Of a stretch of DNA of 64,000 nucleotides, positions 12,662-22,055 are shown one piece after another; position 1 is the stretch's first letter, and the number at the start of each line of letters is the position of its first letter. The stretch is taken from positions 1,184,001 through 1,248,000 of the forward strand of contig OZ250173.1 in NCBI GenBank assembly GCA_965238075.1, read 5' to 3'. The translations under genes and the position numbers were made by a program. This DNA comes from Candidatus Entotheonellaceae bacterium (lineage in GTDB: Bacteria; Tectomicrobia; Entotheonellia; Entotheonellales; Entotheonellaceae). The notes beneath the pieces were generated by a model, which was not told the DNA's origin, ran no database searches, and saw nothing but the letters and a program-made list of their open reading frames with translations.

Positions 12662-13518
12662 TGCAGGCCGAAACGCTGGGTGTTTGGTACGGCGCCGACA
12701 AGCTGGAACCGGCGCAGTGGATCGACTTCGTGACGACGGTGGAGCGGCTGGGCTACGATACGCAGTGGTATTCCGAGGCGATGGGGTTCGAATCCATGGC
12801 GTTCGGGAGCTTTCTGCTGGCTAACACGCAGCGGCTGAAAATTGGCAGCTCGATTGCCAACATCTATGCCCGCGACGTTGTGGCCTCGCGCAACGGGCTG
12901 AAAACGCTGGGGCGCATTTCGAATGACCGCTACGTGCTGGGTCTGGGCGTCTCGCACGTGCCGCTGGTGGAGCGCTTTCGCGGCCACACGTATGGCAAAC
13001 CGGTGGCGGCCATGCGCCATTACCTCGAACAGATGCGCGCCGAGCAGCCCGACGCCGATACCTGGCCGGTGGTTATCGCGGCTCTGGGGCCTCGCATGCT
13101 GGAACTGGCTGCCGAACTGACCCAGGGCGCCATTCCCTACAACGTGACGCCCGAGCATACCGCGCAGGCACGCTCGATCCTCGGCCCGGACAAATGGCTG
13201 GCCGTGGAACAGAAATTCTGCCTGGAGAGCGACCCCGCCAAGGCGCTGGAACTGGCACGTACCGAATTGTCGCGCTACATGGTGCTGCCCAACTATACCA
13301 ACAACTGGCGGCGCCTCGGCTTCAGCGGATCCGACCTGCAGGACGGCAGCAACGCCCGCTTTCTGAACGCCATGGTCGTGTGGGGTGACGAGGCCGCCGT
13401 CCGCGCCCGTATCCGGGAGCACTTCGACGCCGGCGCCACGCAGGTCTGCCTCCAACCCGTCCATCCCCAGGGCGACCTTGCCGGCGCCAAGGCGATGCTC
13501 ACCGCGCTGGCGCCGTAA
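12661..13518 (+). CDS. LLM-class (probably F420-dependent) oxidoreductase
   Basis: IANIYARD, LGLGVSH, AALGPRML, HFDAGATQVCLQ. Confidence 0.8.
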   Translation: MQAETLGVWYGADKLEPAQWIDFVTTVERLGYDTQWYSEAMGFESMAFGSFLLANTQRLKIGSSIANIYARDVVASRNGLKTLGRISNDRYVLGLGVSHVPLVERFRGHTYGKPVAAMRHYLEQMRAEQPDADTWPVVIAALGPRMLELAAELTQGAIPYNVTPEHTAQARSILGPDKWLAVEQKFCLESDPAKALELARTELSRYMVLPNYTNNWRRLGFSGSDLQDGSNARFLNAMVVWGDEAAVRARIREHFDAGATQVCLQPVHPQGDLAGAKAMLTALAP

Positions 13519-14032
13519 TAGTCATTATCCGATACGCTTAAAAATGCTGTGCGATCTGTTGGCCGTGTGTGGCCGAATCTTCGTCGGCCACTCGCCCTTT
13601 TCCGACTCCGCCAGCCAGGCGTCGCTGCTCGGCGTTTCCGGCGAGTCGATGTGATACACGGCGGCATACCTGGCCATGCCCTCGGCATTGCTCGACTCCA
13701 GCCGATACCGGTCGCAGCCGTGCACCCCCGGCGCTTTCAGGATATTGGGCACGTGCTCGGTGTCGTATACCCGGTTGAACTCGTCCTCCATCTCCGCCGG
13801 AATGTCCATCTGCACGAGATAAACGTAGTCCGCCATAGCGCCTCCATGATCTGACCTGAAAGGTTTGATTTGCTGGGAGTAAACGGGCACTGAGGTCGGT
13901 ATGGTAGCACCCGCCCGACATGGCAACAACAGCGCGAGGGGCAAGGTTCAGCGTCAATGTCCAGGAGCGTAACTGTCAGAATTGCCGCCAGGCGTTGATC
14001 CGTTCTCCCAGTGGGACGAGGAACTCGGCAAG
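13334..14032. repeat. Direct repeat copy 1 (LLM 3' end + small gene + ATPase C-terminal tip)
   Basis: Near-identical to 18970-19511 up to ~13871, then diverged but alignable to ~14032/19703. Confidence 0.9.
13525..13836 (-). CDS. Small dimeric alpha/beta-barrel protein (EthD/DUF4286-like), copy 1
   Basis: MADYVYLVQMDIPAEMEDEFNRVYDTEHVP.ILK.PG; GGAGG RBS. Confidence 0.75.
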   Translation of the reverse strand: MADYVYLVQMDIPAEMEDEFNRVYDTEHVPNILKAPGVHGCDRYRLESSNAEGMARYAAVYHIDSPETPSSDAWLAESEKGEWPTKIRPHTANRSHSIFKRIG

Positions 14033-15198
14033 CTCGGGCTGGCTGTCCTGGGTTTCCCGACGCCCGGCGATTCTGGCAATTCCAGGGCCGGTTTGACTCA
14101 ACTCTGCGGCGAATGCCTCGAGCGCGGCCTTTGAGTGATCGCCTTGCCGAACCATGCCTGTCATCATCTGATCAATGTCGCGCATTTTCCGGTCCATGTC
14201 CTGTGGCGACAGGCCTAGCAGCGGCGCGTACACGTCTCTCCGACGCCTCAGCGTTTGCCAGATCCAGCCTTCTGGCGGCTCGTTACCCAGCAGGAACAAC
14301 GGTTGCACGCTGCGATCGTCGCGGTCGAGGAAGATTCTCGCCTCCGGTGGCACGCTGTCCAGCACCACAGGACTGTGCGAAGCAACGATGATCTGCAGTT
14401 GTTGCCGCAGTGCGATGCGCTGCAACTCCAGCATGACTTGCTGTTGCGTGTAAGGGTGCAGACCCGTATCCACCTCATCAATCAGGATCAGAGCGTCATG
14501 GAGGCCTGAAACATCCTTTGAGATACGCAGAATCGCCCGTTCCCCGGAGGACATGTGGAACTCCGAGTAGCGCGTGTCCTGGTTTGTCTCCACCTCGGCA
14601 AACAGCAGGTCACGGCTCTGGGCGCTGATGAAGGAGAGGTTGCGGTACCGCTGGCGTAGGATATGGCGGGCGAAGACCAAAAGGTTGGGGGTCAGCGTAT
14701 CCGCCTGGTACTGCTTACGACCAAGCTGCAGGATGCCTCGAACCTCGGACGGATTGGCGAGATTGGCCAGGGTGCGCAGGTATACGTTGCGTTCCGGTTG
14801 CGTGCCGCCCTTGCGGCCCATGAAGCTGCGATTCCATGATTTGTTGCGCTTCCAGGCCAATGGACAGGCGCTCGTTATTGTGCAGGTAGTAAAAGGCCAG
14901 TTCCGTTTGCGCTGCGGTATCGGAGAGCGAGCCTCCTTGCCGATCTGTGAAATTGGGAAACAGGCTGCTCCCGCGATCCCCTGCCCGGTACGCGCAGGCA
15001 CAAGCGAACAGCACCGTGGATTTGCCGCAGCCGTTTGGCCCCGCCAGCACGGATACCGGATAGCCGAACGGCACACGCAAGTACCCTGATGCCCCGGAAA
15101 TTCCGAATGTGGACTTCCTGTAGCATGTCGCGACGCTGCGGCATGCTGGCACGCATGGCCTCCCATACCTTCTGCAGTTCTCTGACGATCAGTGACAT
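13976..15198 (-). pseudogene. ABC/AAA ATPase (OLD/AbiEii-like) pseudogene
   Basis: Three frames join: IRNFRGIR | LAGPNGCGKST (Walker A) | MSSGE...LIDEVDTGLHP...ASHS; frameshifts near 15085 and 14860; probable internal deletion after ARIFLDRD. Confidence 0.8.
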
Positions 15199-15385
15199 GC
15201 TTGGCATCCTCCCCTACCGGGCCGGCGTGCGTAAGCCTCGTCCCCGTAAGCAGCATGCGACCCGCGCTTATGGCCTGATTCAAGGATTGGGAAGGCGTTC
15301 GCTTGATGGTGAGGATCCTAAACCGAAATTCTCCTGACTTGGACTTGGGAGAGCATCCGCCGAGACGAATTGAGGAAGACCGCCT

Positions 15386-15475
15386 GACTTCATCCCCGCC
15401 TGTGCGGGGAACACGCATCGAAGACTGGGAAAAGGCATTGGGAACGCGGTTCATCCCCGCCTGTGCGGGGAACAC
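15386..15475 (-). CRISPR. Type I-E mini array: 2 repeats, 1 spacer
   Basis: 29-bp repeat GTGTTCCCCGCACAGGCGGGGATGAACCG (minus strand, 15447-15475); second copy with 3 terminal mismatches (15386-15414); 32-nt spacer 15415-15446; cas3 nearby. Confidence 0.9.
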
Positions 15476-15535
15476 TCGGCGACGGACGGGCAGCCAAGCG
15501 GCGTTGATCAGATTGAAGACGTCGGGCTCACACAT
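15476..15535 (-). pseudogene. casA: 5' stub (20 codons) of cas8e/casA (cse1)
   Basis: MCEPDVFNLINAAWLPVRRR resembles the CasA N-terminus (FNL...W.PVR); downstream of and co-oriented with cas3; abuts CRISPR repeat. Confidence 0.7.
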
Positions 15536-15673
15536 GACGCGTCTCGGTGGACACAGTACGCTGGACAGGTGGCAAGGCCGTCCGTCGATCTTGCCTCAAC
15601 AGGGAAAATCCGACAAACTCCCGAACGAGTCAAGCCCTATATACTGCACTAGACGATTCGTTGGGGGGATGAC

Positions 15674-15937
15674 ATGAATCTGTACCGGTTACGATCCGTT
15701 CTGCGGGAACCGTCGGACGAAACTGAGGGCAAGTACCTGGCCGAGATACCCGATTTGCCCGGTTGCCGGGCGTGGGGCGACACCGCTGCACAGGCTTTGG
15801 AAAGCCTGCAATGCGTTGCGGCAGCGTTCATCGAATCATACCGCGATCGCGGCGATCCTCTTCCGCCTCAAGTGGCCGCCGCTGTCGTTGACGCCAGCGA
15901 GCATCAAGGTTTCAGTGAAGTCATGGTCGCGGTTTGA
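15674..15937 (+). CDS. hicB: HicB-family antitoxin
   Basis: YLAEIPDLPGCRAWGDT...ALE motif. Confidence 0.8.
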   Translation: MNLYRLRSVLREPSDETEGKYLAEIPDLPGCRAWGDTAAQALESLQCVAAAFIESYRDRGDPLPPQVAAAVVDASEHQGFSEVMVAV

Positions 15938-16143
15938 GATACAGCGAACTCACACGCAAGCTGCATCGACTCGGATGCGTCCTGGACAGACGCGCTCGTG
16001 GCGATCACGAGATCTGGATTCGTCCATCGACGGGCGGCAGAACGACCATTCCAAATTGGGGCGGCCGTGAACTGAAAACAGGAACCGTCAGAGCGATCCT
16101 ACGGGACTTGGGTGTCACCCGCCAGGAATTCGACCGTGCATGA
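15934..16143 (+). CDS. hicA: HicA-family mRNA interferase toxin
   Basis: 69 aa; RGDHEIW (conserved His), TTIP, ELKTGTVRAILRDLG; overlaps hicB stop. Confidence 0.8.
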   Translation: MRYSELTRKLHRLGCVLDRRARGDHEIWIRPSTGGRTTIPNWGGRELKTGTVRAILRDLGVTRQEFDRA

Positions 16144-16201
16144 ACGGCTCCTTGAAGCTGCCGACGGGAAGTAGTCTTCCGGGCATGGCTTGCCTTACCC
16201 C

Positions 16202-18925
16202 TCATCGTTCTTTCTTGTCGGTCGTCAAACCGCGCTGCGGACTATAGCTGAGCCGGACGTCCGTCGGCGTCTCGCCGCCCGACATTGCCGTTCCAGACCA
16301 GGTTTGATCCCCGGCCTCGGACTCCTCAAGCACCACCAGAATCTTGTCCGCATCGAACCGCGTCCAGTCCATCTTTGCCGCGCGGACAGCATCGGCATGT
16401 TCAGACGGCACGGCTTCGCCACCGACACGTCGCGCAGAAATGTTCACCTCGCTGAGCCGCCATGCCCGCCACGGCTCGCTCGGTTCGACATGGGGCGCGT
16501 AAGGCTCGATACGGTCACCGCGGACCCGTGCGAGCCGTAGCGTGACTTGCAGGTCGTCAACGAGCCGGGTTGGCGTGCGTACGTCGCTGTCCCAGGCACC
16601 GCCGTCTCTCACATAGCCCTTGGTAAGATCAAGTACGTTGGTGTTGGCCACCCCACGCTCGGCGCCCGCTCTGCCCTCTGCATCGAAGAAGCTGCCTTGC
16701 AATGCCTCTGGGACGGCCAGTTCGGCATCATCGCCGTATACGGCCTCAATGAGCGCCCGCAAACCGCCAGGGCTTTCGATGCTGCCGGCGTCAGCCAACG
16801 TTTTAGCCGTCAGCCAGAGGCGGGCGTGATCCTTGTAAACATACGCGGCGCGTGGAAAAGCCCGGCTGAACCACTTTTCGTCCGCGTCGGCGATGGGTTC
16901 CGGTCCCACCACGAGCAATTCCGGCTGCCCTTCACGTTCGGGGCGGTGGTGTCGCCACAGCCTGCCCGCACGTTGGATCAGCAGGTCAATCGGCGCGAGA
17001 TCAGTGATCAGGGCATCAAAGTCCAGATCCAGCGATTGCTCGACCACCTGCGTGGCGATCAGCACCTTGCCGGCTCGCTGCGTGGAGGTGCTGAGCTTAC
17101 CGAACGTCGCAACCACCCATTTCTCGATTCGCAGGCGGTCGACAAGCGCGAAGCGAGCGTGGAAGACCTCCGCAGCGAACCCTCTGGCCGTCAACGCGGC
17201 ATGGGCTTCGAGAGTGTCATCGACCGTGTTGCGAATGTAGAGCACGGCTTGGCCGCTGTGAGTTGCCTGTTCGACTGCGGTCAGCGCCTCCTCCGGGGTG
17301 CCGAGGAATCGCATCGGAAGCCTGCGCGCCCGCCCGGACTGTCCAAGAACCTTCATGGATGTGCGGACGTTGGCTCCACAGACCGTGGCCAATGGGTAGT
17401 CCATGTCGCTGATGACCGATCTGTGTGTTATCTCTTCGTTTCCCAACCCTTTCGAGAAAGCGCTGGCCAGCCGTTTACGGACCGAAAGGGGAAGAGTGGC
17501 CGACAGCAGGATCGCACAGCCACCCAGCCCTGCCTGGAATTCGAGCAGCCGCTCGATCTCGCGCTGCATATAGGCATCGTAAGCATGCACCTCATCGAGA
17601 ATGAGAACACGGCGCATGAGGCCCAACAGCCGCAGCGATTGGTGCCGACTGGGCAGAATCGACAACAATGCCTGATCCACCGTGCCGGCGCCCGCATCGG
17701 CCAGAAAGGCGCGCCGCCTGTCGTCGGCAATCCAGGCCGCGCAGGCTGCCGAGGCAGTCGTTTCAGAACCCTCCCCCCGACTCCCGGTTTGTGAATAGGG
17801 AGTCTCGTTGCGCCCGGCCGGCAGCACCGCCGACCGGAAACCGTCGTGCATGTCGCGCCCGCCGTGAGCCAGGGCAATCGAGGGGAAGGCGCCTGCTGAG
17901 AACAACTGCCGATACGCGGCGGCGAGCCGATCGAACATGGCGTTGGCCGTGGCCATGGTGGGCAGTGCCACATACAGACCGTCTGCCTGGCCGGACGCCA
18001 TCAGTCTGTGGGCGAGCATCAGGGCCGCCTCGGTCTTGCCGCTGCCCGTTTCGTCTTCGATCATGAACAGCGCCGCACCGTCCGGCAGTTCGACGCATTT
18101 AGCCCAGTCCTGCATCGGAGTTGGGGTCGCATCCGCCCCAATCAAGGCGCCGTAATCGAGGTGGTTGTTACTTTCGGCCGGCAGGACGCCCGACGCTTCA
18201 ACGGCGCTCTTCGCTTGTTCGCGGGCATGGTTCCAGTATGCCTGGAGGTCTTGAATCGGTTCGCAGTACGGAAACCATTCCTGCCTGGAGCCGATCCAGT
18301 CCGCCAGCACAGCAAAGCCGGCGAGGGCGAAAGACGCGCGCCGTACGCCTTCGCGTTCGAGCGGCGGCAACGCCTGCGGCAAGGCGAGCAGGTCGCGAGT
18401 CTGTTGGACGAACATATCGGCAGCCTCAATGCCTGCCTTGCCGAAGTCGGGCCGTAAGGTGACACGGTTCTCGCCGATAACCGGCTGCGGTGGGGCACCG
18501 TGATGCCCGACGACCGCCGAGACCAAGAGTCGCCAGACACGGTGGCTCGGTCCGCTAGGCAAATGGAAGAGGCCGTCATCTGCATCGAATAGGCGCAGCC
18601 CGCCAGCGCCGTGGTCGTAGCGGTCTGGAACAGAGGCGGGATCGTCACCGAGACAGCCGGGGTACAGTGCCGGCTCCTTTGCCTGAAATTTCTTGGCGAA
18701 CTTGCCGATGTCGTGCAGGCACAGAAGGAAGCAAAGGACGGGAATGAAGTCTTCACTGGGTAGGCCCAGTAAGTCGAGCAGGCTTTGTCGCAGGCCACGA
18801 TGCCGGGTCATCAGTGCCTCGCCGACCGCGGCGACATCGAGGCAATGGTACGGCAATGGGTGCCATTGGGGGCGGCGGTCGGGGTCGAGAGGCCGCGCCT
18901 TGCCCCAGAACGAGAGCTCATTCAT
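16202..18925 (-). CDS. cas3: CRISPR-associated helicase/nuclease Cas3 (type I-E)
   Basis: HD domain (LPYHCLDVAAV, LHDIGK), TGSGKTEAA, GTVDQ, DEVH, SAT, TQVVEQSLDLDFD, QRAGRLWRH; 907 aa, uninterrupted. Confidence 0.95.
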   Translation of the reverse strand: MNELSFWGKARPLDPDRRPQWHPLPYHCLDVAAVGEALMTRHRGLRQSLLDLLGLPSEDFIPVLCFLLCLHDIGKFAKKFQAKEPALYPGCLGDDPASVPDRYDHGAGGLRLFDADDGLFHLPSGPSHRVWRLLVSAVVGHHGAPPQPVIGENRVTLRPDFGKAGIEAADMFVQQTRDLLALPQALPPLEREGVRRASFALAGFAVLADWIGSRQEWFPYCEPIQDLQAYWNHAREQAKSAVEASGVLPAESNNHLDYGALIGADATPTPMQDWAKCVELPDGAALFMIEDETGSGKTEAALMLAHRLMASGQADGLYVALPTMATANAMFDRLAAAYRQLFSAGAFPSIALAHGGRDMHDGFRSAVLPAGRNETPYSQTGSRGEGSETTASAACAAWIADDRRRAFLADAGAGTVDQALLSILPSRHQSLRLLGLMRRVLILDEVHAYDAYMQREIERLLEFQAGLGGCAILLSATLPLSVRKRLASAFSKGLGNEEITHRSVISDMDYPLATVCGANVRTSMKVLGQSGRARRLPMRFLGTPEEALTAVEQATHSGQAVLYIRNTVDDTLEAHAALTARGFAAEVFHARFALVDRLRIEKWVVATFGKLSTSTQRAGKVLIATQVVEQSLDLDFDALITDLAPIDLLIQRAGRLWRHHRPEREGQPELLVVGPEPIADADEKWFSRAFPRAAYVYKDHARLWLTAKTLADAGSIESPGGLRALIEAVYGDDAELAVPEALQGSFFDAEGRAGAERGVANTNVLDLTKGYVRDGGAWDSDVRTPTRLVDDLQVTLRLARVRGDRIEPYAPHVEPSEPWRAWRLSEVNISARRVGGEAVPSEHADAVRAAKMDWTRFDADKILVVLEESEAGDQTWSGTAMSGGETPTDVRLSYSPQRGLTTDKKER

Positions 18926-18969
18926 GGCCGTGTCACCCCTCAATTCGGCGCTTGCAGCGGAAATTGGAC

Positions 18970-19158
18970 ACCTCCAGGACGGCGGCAATGCCCGCTTCCT
19001 GAACGCCATGGTCGTGTGGGGCGACGAGGCCGCCGTTCGTTCGCGCCCGCGTCCGGGAGCACTTTGACGCCGGCGCCACCCAGGTCTGCCTCCAACCCGT
19101 CCATCCCCAAGGCGACCTTGCCGGCGCCAAGACGATGCTCACCGCCCTGGCGCCGTAG
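18970..19158 (+). pseudogene. 3' fragment of the LLM oxidoreductase (duplicated, frameshifted)
   Basis: Matches 13334-13518 but lacks the 5' part and has a TTCG duplication. Confidence 0.85.
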
Positions 19159-19164
19159 CAAGCC

Positions 19165-19476
19165 TTACCCGATGCGCTTGAAAATACTGTGTGACCGGTT
19201 GGTCGCGTGTGGCCGAATCTTCGTCGGCCACTCGCCCTTTTCCGACTCCGCCAGCCAGGCGTCGCTGCTCGGCGTTTCCGGCGAGTCGATGTGATACACG
19301 GCGGCATACCTGGCCATGCCCTCGGCATTGCTCGACTCCAGCCGATACCGGTCGCAGCCGTGCACCCCCGGCGCTTTCAGGATATTGGGCACGTGCTCGG
19401 TGTCGTATACCCGGTTGAACTCGGCCTCCATCTCCGCCGGAATATCCATCTGCACGAGATAAACGTAGTCCGCCAT
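19165..19476 (-). CDS. Small EthD/DUF4286-like protein, copy 2
   Basis: 103 aa, 3 residues different from copy 1. Confidence 0.75.
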   Translation of the reverse strand: MADYVYLVQMDIPAEMEAEFNRVYDTEHVPNILKAPGVHGCDRYRLESSNAEGMARYAAVYHIDSPETPSSDAWLAESEKGEWPTKIRPHATNRSHSIFKRIG

Positions 19477-19646
19477 AGCGCCTCCATGATCTGACCTGAA
19501 AGGTTTGATTTACTTGCAATAAACGGGGATGTCCTCGAACGCAGTCCAGCCCTGCGCGCCCGAGGGTCGGCATGGTAACACCCGTCCGGTACGGCAACAA
19601 ACAGGATAAGGCGCGTCATCAGCGCCAATATGCAGAAATGTAATCG

Positions 19647-19860
19647 TCAGGGTTGCCGCCAAGCGTTGATCTGCTCTTCCATCGGAACGAGGAACCCGGC
19701 AAGTACGAAGAGGAAATCCTGCAGCGTGCCGAACCTGCCAAGCATCCGAATGTGGGCCGGAAACTCTGCCTGCCCGGTGTTCCTGCCGATGACGAAGTAT
19801 TCATGCCAAAGGTCCAAGTGGGCGTTCAACACGTCCAGGACGCCGAGGATTACCCCGCCG
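19647..19860 (-). pseudogene. Second remnant of the ATPase gene
   Basis: Ends LAGFLVPMEEQINAWRQP* versus copy 1 LAEFLVPLGERINAWRQF*; preceded by a segment absent from copy 1. Confidence 0.65.
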
Positions 19861-19934
19861 GCGCAGCGGTCGGGCGTATGTCGGGCCAACAGGTCCCCTG
19901 GATCCCCGCGATGGGGTTGGGGTGCTGAGCCGCT

Positions 19935-20200
19935 GTTCCTACGTGGCGGACAATGGTTTCTTTAGGCCGTGGTGGCAGTCGCATTGGCAAAGGCCCTGCG
20001 ACGCCTGCGTCCTGACGCCCAAGAACTATCCGGGAGATGGCGGTTGTGCAGCGCGCCGCCGACACGCCGGCTGGCGGCAACTTGTGGAGACCATCAACGG
20101 GCATCTGGAACAGAGCCTTTGGTTTGCACTTTACTTTCCTGGCGCCCGCAGCTTGTGGGGTCTGCAAAGCCGGATAGCCGCCAAATTGACGGCCTTGAGC
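19935..20200 (+). mobile_element. IS982-like DDE transposase C-terminal remnant
   Basis: YVADNGF...RQLVETINGHL...ARSLWGLQSRIAAKLTA pattern; no N-terminus or terminal repeats seen. Confidence 0.6.
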
Positions 20201-20249
20201 CCTGAATCAAGTAGCGCAGGCTCTGGGCTGCTTTGGAAACGGGGAACGG

Positions 20250-20534
20250 CTACTGCCGGTAGACGGTGTGAACGGGCCGGTCGCTCAGAATTTGCTCCGC
20301 ACCCCAGTTGACCACTTTCTTGAACTGATCCGACTGGATAAATGACTGGAAGGCGTCTTCCGAAGACCACTCGGAGACGATGAGGTAGGATTGGCCGTCC
20401 TGGACGTCTTTGTAGAGGGCCGACTTCGCGTGTCCTTCCATCGTTTGCAAGCTTTCCAGAACATTCGCGAAGACCTTTTCAAACTGAACCTCTTTGCCCT
20501 GCAAAACCCTGTAATTCATACCCACGGTAATCAT
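20250..20534 (-). CDS. Antibiotic biosynthesis monooxygenase (ABM) family protein
   Basis: 94 aa; GKEVQFEK, YLIVSEWSSEDAFQSF. Confidence 0.8.
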   Translation of the reverse strand: MITVGMNYRVLQGKEVQFEKVFANVLESLQTMEGHAKSALYKDVQDGQSYLIVSEWSSEDAFQSFIQSDQFKKVVNWGAEQILSDRPVHTVYRQ

Positions 20535-20658
20535 CTATCCCGATCCCCTTCACGGGTCCTGTTCGGTGCTTCGTTGCCCAGCGGCTATTCTTTGGCCAGC
20601 CTACCATGAAGTCGCCGGGCATGTCACTGGCGTCGTCCACGGGCAGGGAGCAGCCATT

Positions 20659-20695
20659 CCCTCCCCCCGCCGATGGGGAGGGCCAGGGAGGGGGG
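20659..20695 (+). repeat. Single C-rich/G-rich palindrome (same family as 44589-44697)
   Basis: CCCTCCCCCCGCCGATGGGGAGGGCCAGGGAGGGGG. Confidence 0.55.
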
Positions 20696-20816
20696 CATGA
20701 CCCGCTCCGGCGCCTCACCTTGTACCCTGCCGGGGCGCGTGCTAAGGTTTTATGCCCTACCGCGCCGCTGATTCACAGGCGGTATACGAAGCAATCCCAT
20801 ACATGAGGAAGTTGTC

Positions 20817-21995
20817 ATGGCGCTCGTGGAGCGGTTGACGTTCGGAATCTTCCTGGCTCCCTTCCACCGGCTTGGCGAGAATCCCACCCTGGCTCTGGAA
20901 CGCAATCTCGAATTGCTTCAATGGCTCGACCGCCTCGGCTACGACGAAGCCTGGATCGGCGAGCACCACAGCGCCGGATGGGAAACCATCGCCTCGCCCG
21001 AGGTGTTTATGGCCACGGCGGCCGAACGCACCCGCCACATCCGCCTCGGCACCGGCGTCGTCAGCTTGCCGTACCACCACCCGCTGATGGTCGCCAACCG
21101 CCTCGTCCTGCTCGACCACCTGACGCGCGGCCGCGTGATGCTCGGCGTCGGCCCCGGCGCCCTGATTACCGACGCCCACATGCTAGGCCTCAATCCCGCC
21201 CGGCAACGCGACATGATGGACGAATCGCTGACCGTCATTAAACGCCTTCTGACCGAGCCCGAACCCATTACCTACAAGAGCGACTGGTTTGAGTTGCGTG
21301 ACGCGCTCCTGCACCTGCGGCCTTACACCCAGCCGCACTTCCCCATCGCCGTCGCCAGCGTCCAGTCGCCCGCCGGCGTCGAATTAGCCGGCAAGCACGG
21401 CGCCGGCGTCCTTTCCCTGAGCGCCTATGCAGGCGTGCGGGGCGTCGTGGCGCTGCCCGAGCAGTGGAAGATCGCCGAGGAAAGCGCGGCGCTGCACGGC
21501 AACACCATGGACCGCCGGGGCTGGCGGCTGGTGATGCCGATTCACATAGCCGAAACGCGCCAGCAAGCCTTCGACGAGGCGCGGCACGGGGCCGCCGCGT
21601 GGCTGCAGGAGTATTTTCGCGACACATTGGGGCAGCCCTTGCCGCCGGATACCGCGCCGGACGACCTCATCGAGGTGATGAGCGAAAATGGCGCCTGGCT
21701 GGTCGGCACACCGGACGACGCCATCGCCACCATCGAACGGCTCGCTAACATCAGCGGCGGCTTTGGCGGCCTGCTGGGCCTGGCGCACGAGTGGGCGCCG
21801 CGTGAAAAGATTCTCCACAGCTACGAATTGCTGGCGCGCTACGTCATACCGCGCTACAACGGCTCCCTGGCCGGTATGGTCGGTTCCAATGCCTGGGCCC
21901 GCAGCGCGCGTGAGGAGTTGGGCGTCCAGCGCCAGCAAGCCATCGAAACGGCCCACGCCGAGTACGAGGCGCGTCAAGCCGCATCCACCAGGTAA
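20817..21995 (+). CDS. LLM-class flavin-dependent monooxygenase (limonene 1,2-monooxygenase-like)
   Basis: FGIFLAPFH, WIGEHHSAGWE, LGTGVVSLPYHHP, DHLTRGR. Confidence 0.85.
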   Translation: MALVERLTFGIFLAPFHRLGENPTLALERNLELLQWLDRLGYDEAWIGEHHSAGWETIASPEVFMATAAERTRHIRLGTGVVSLPYHHPLMVANRLVLLDHLTRGRVMLGVGPGALITDAHMLGLNPARQRDMMDESLTVIKRLLTEPEPITYKSDWFELRDALLHLRPYTQPHFPIAVASVQSPAGVELAGKHGAGVLSLSAYAGVRGVVALPEQWKIAEESAALHGNTMDRRGWRLVMPIHIAETRQQAFDEARHGAAAWLQEYFRDTLGQPLPPDTAPDDLIEVMSENGAWLVGTPDDAIATIERLANISGGFGGLLGLAHEWAPREKILHSYELLARYVIPRYNGSLAGMVGSNAWARSAREELGVQRQQAIETAHAEYEARQAASTR

Positions 21996-22055
21996 TGGCG
22001 GCTGAGTCTGAGCCCGCCAACCGGTCCTTCCAGGCACCAGGAGAAGGTCTACTAC

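Larger units (their letters stand above)
18970..19703. repeat. Direct repeat copy 2
   Basis: Aligns to 13334-14032; has a 4-nt insertion near 19036 and a ~30-nt insertion near 19530. Confidence 0.9.

Noticed and set aside
13976-15535. 519-aa ORF as a real protein
   Set aside because: It is a chance read-through of the casA stub, the CRISPR repeats, off-frame sequence and the last frame of the ATPase pseudogene.
15476-15540. Second spacer plus third repeat
   Set aside because: No repeat-like sequence follows 32-33 nt later, and the CasA-like coding extends 60 nt to an ATG.
13334-19703. attL/attR of an integrative element or prophage
   Set aside because: The repeats are too long and diverged, and no integrase, tRNA or phage genes are present.
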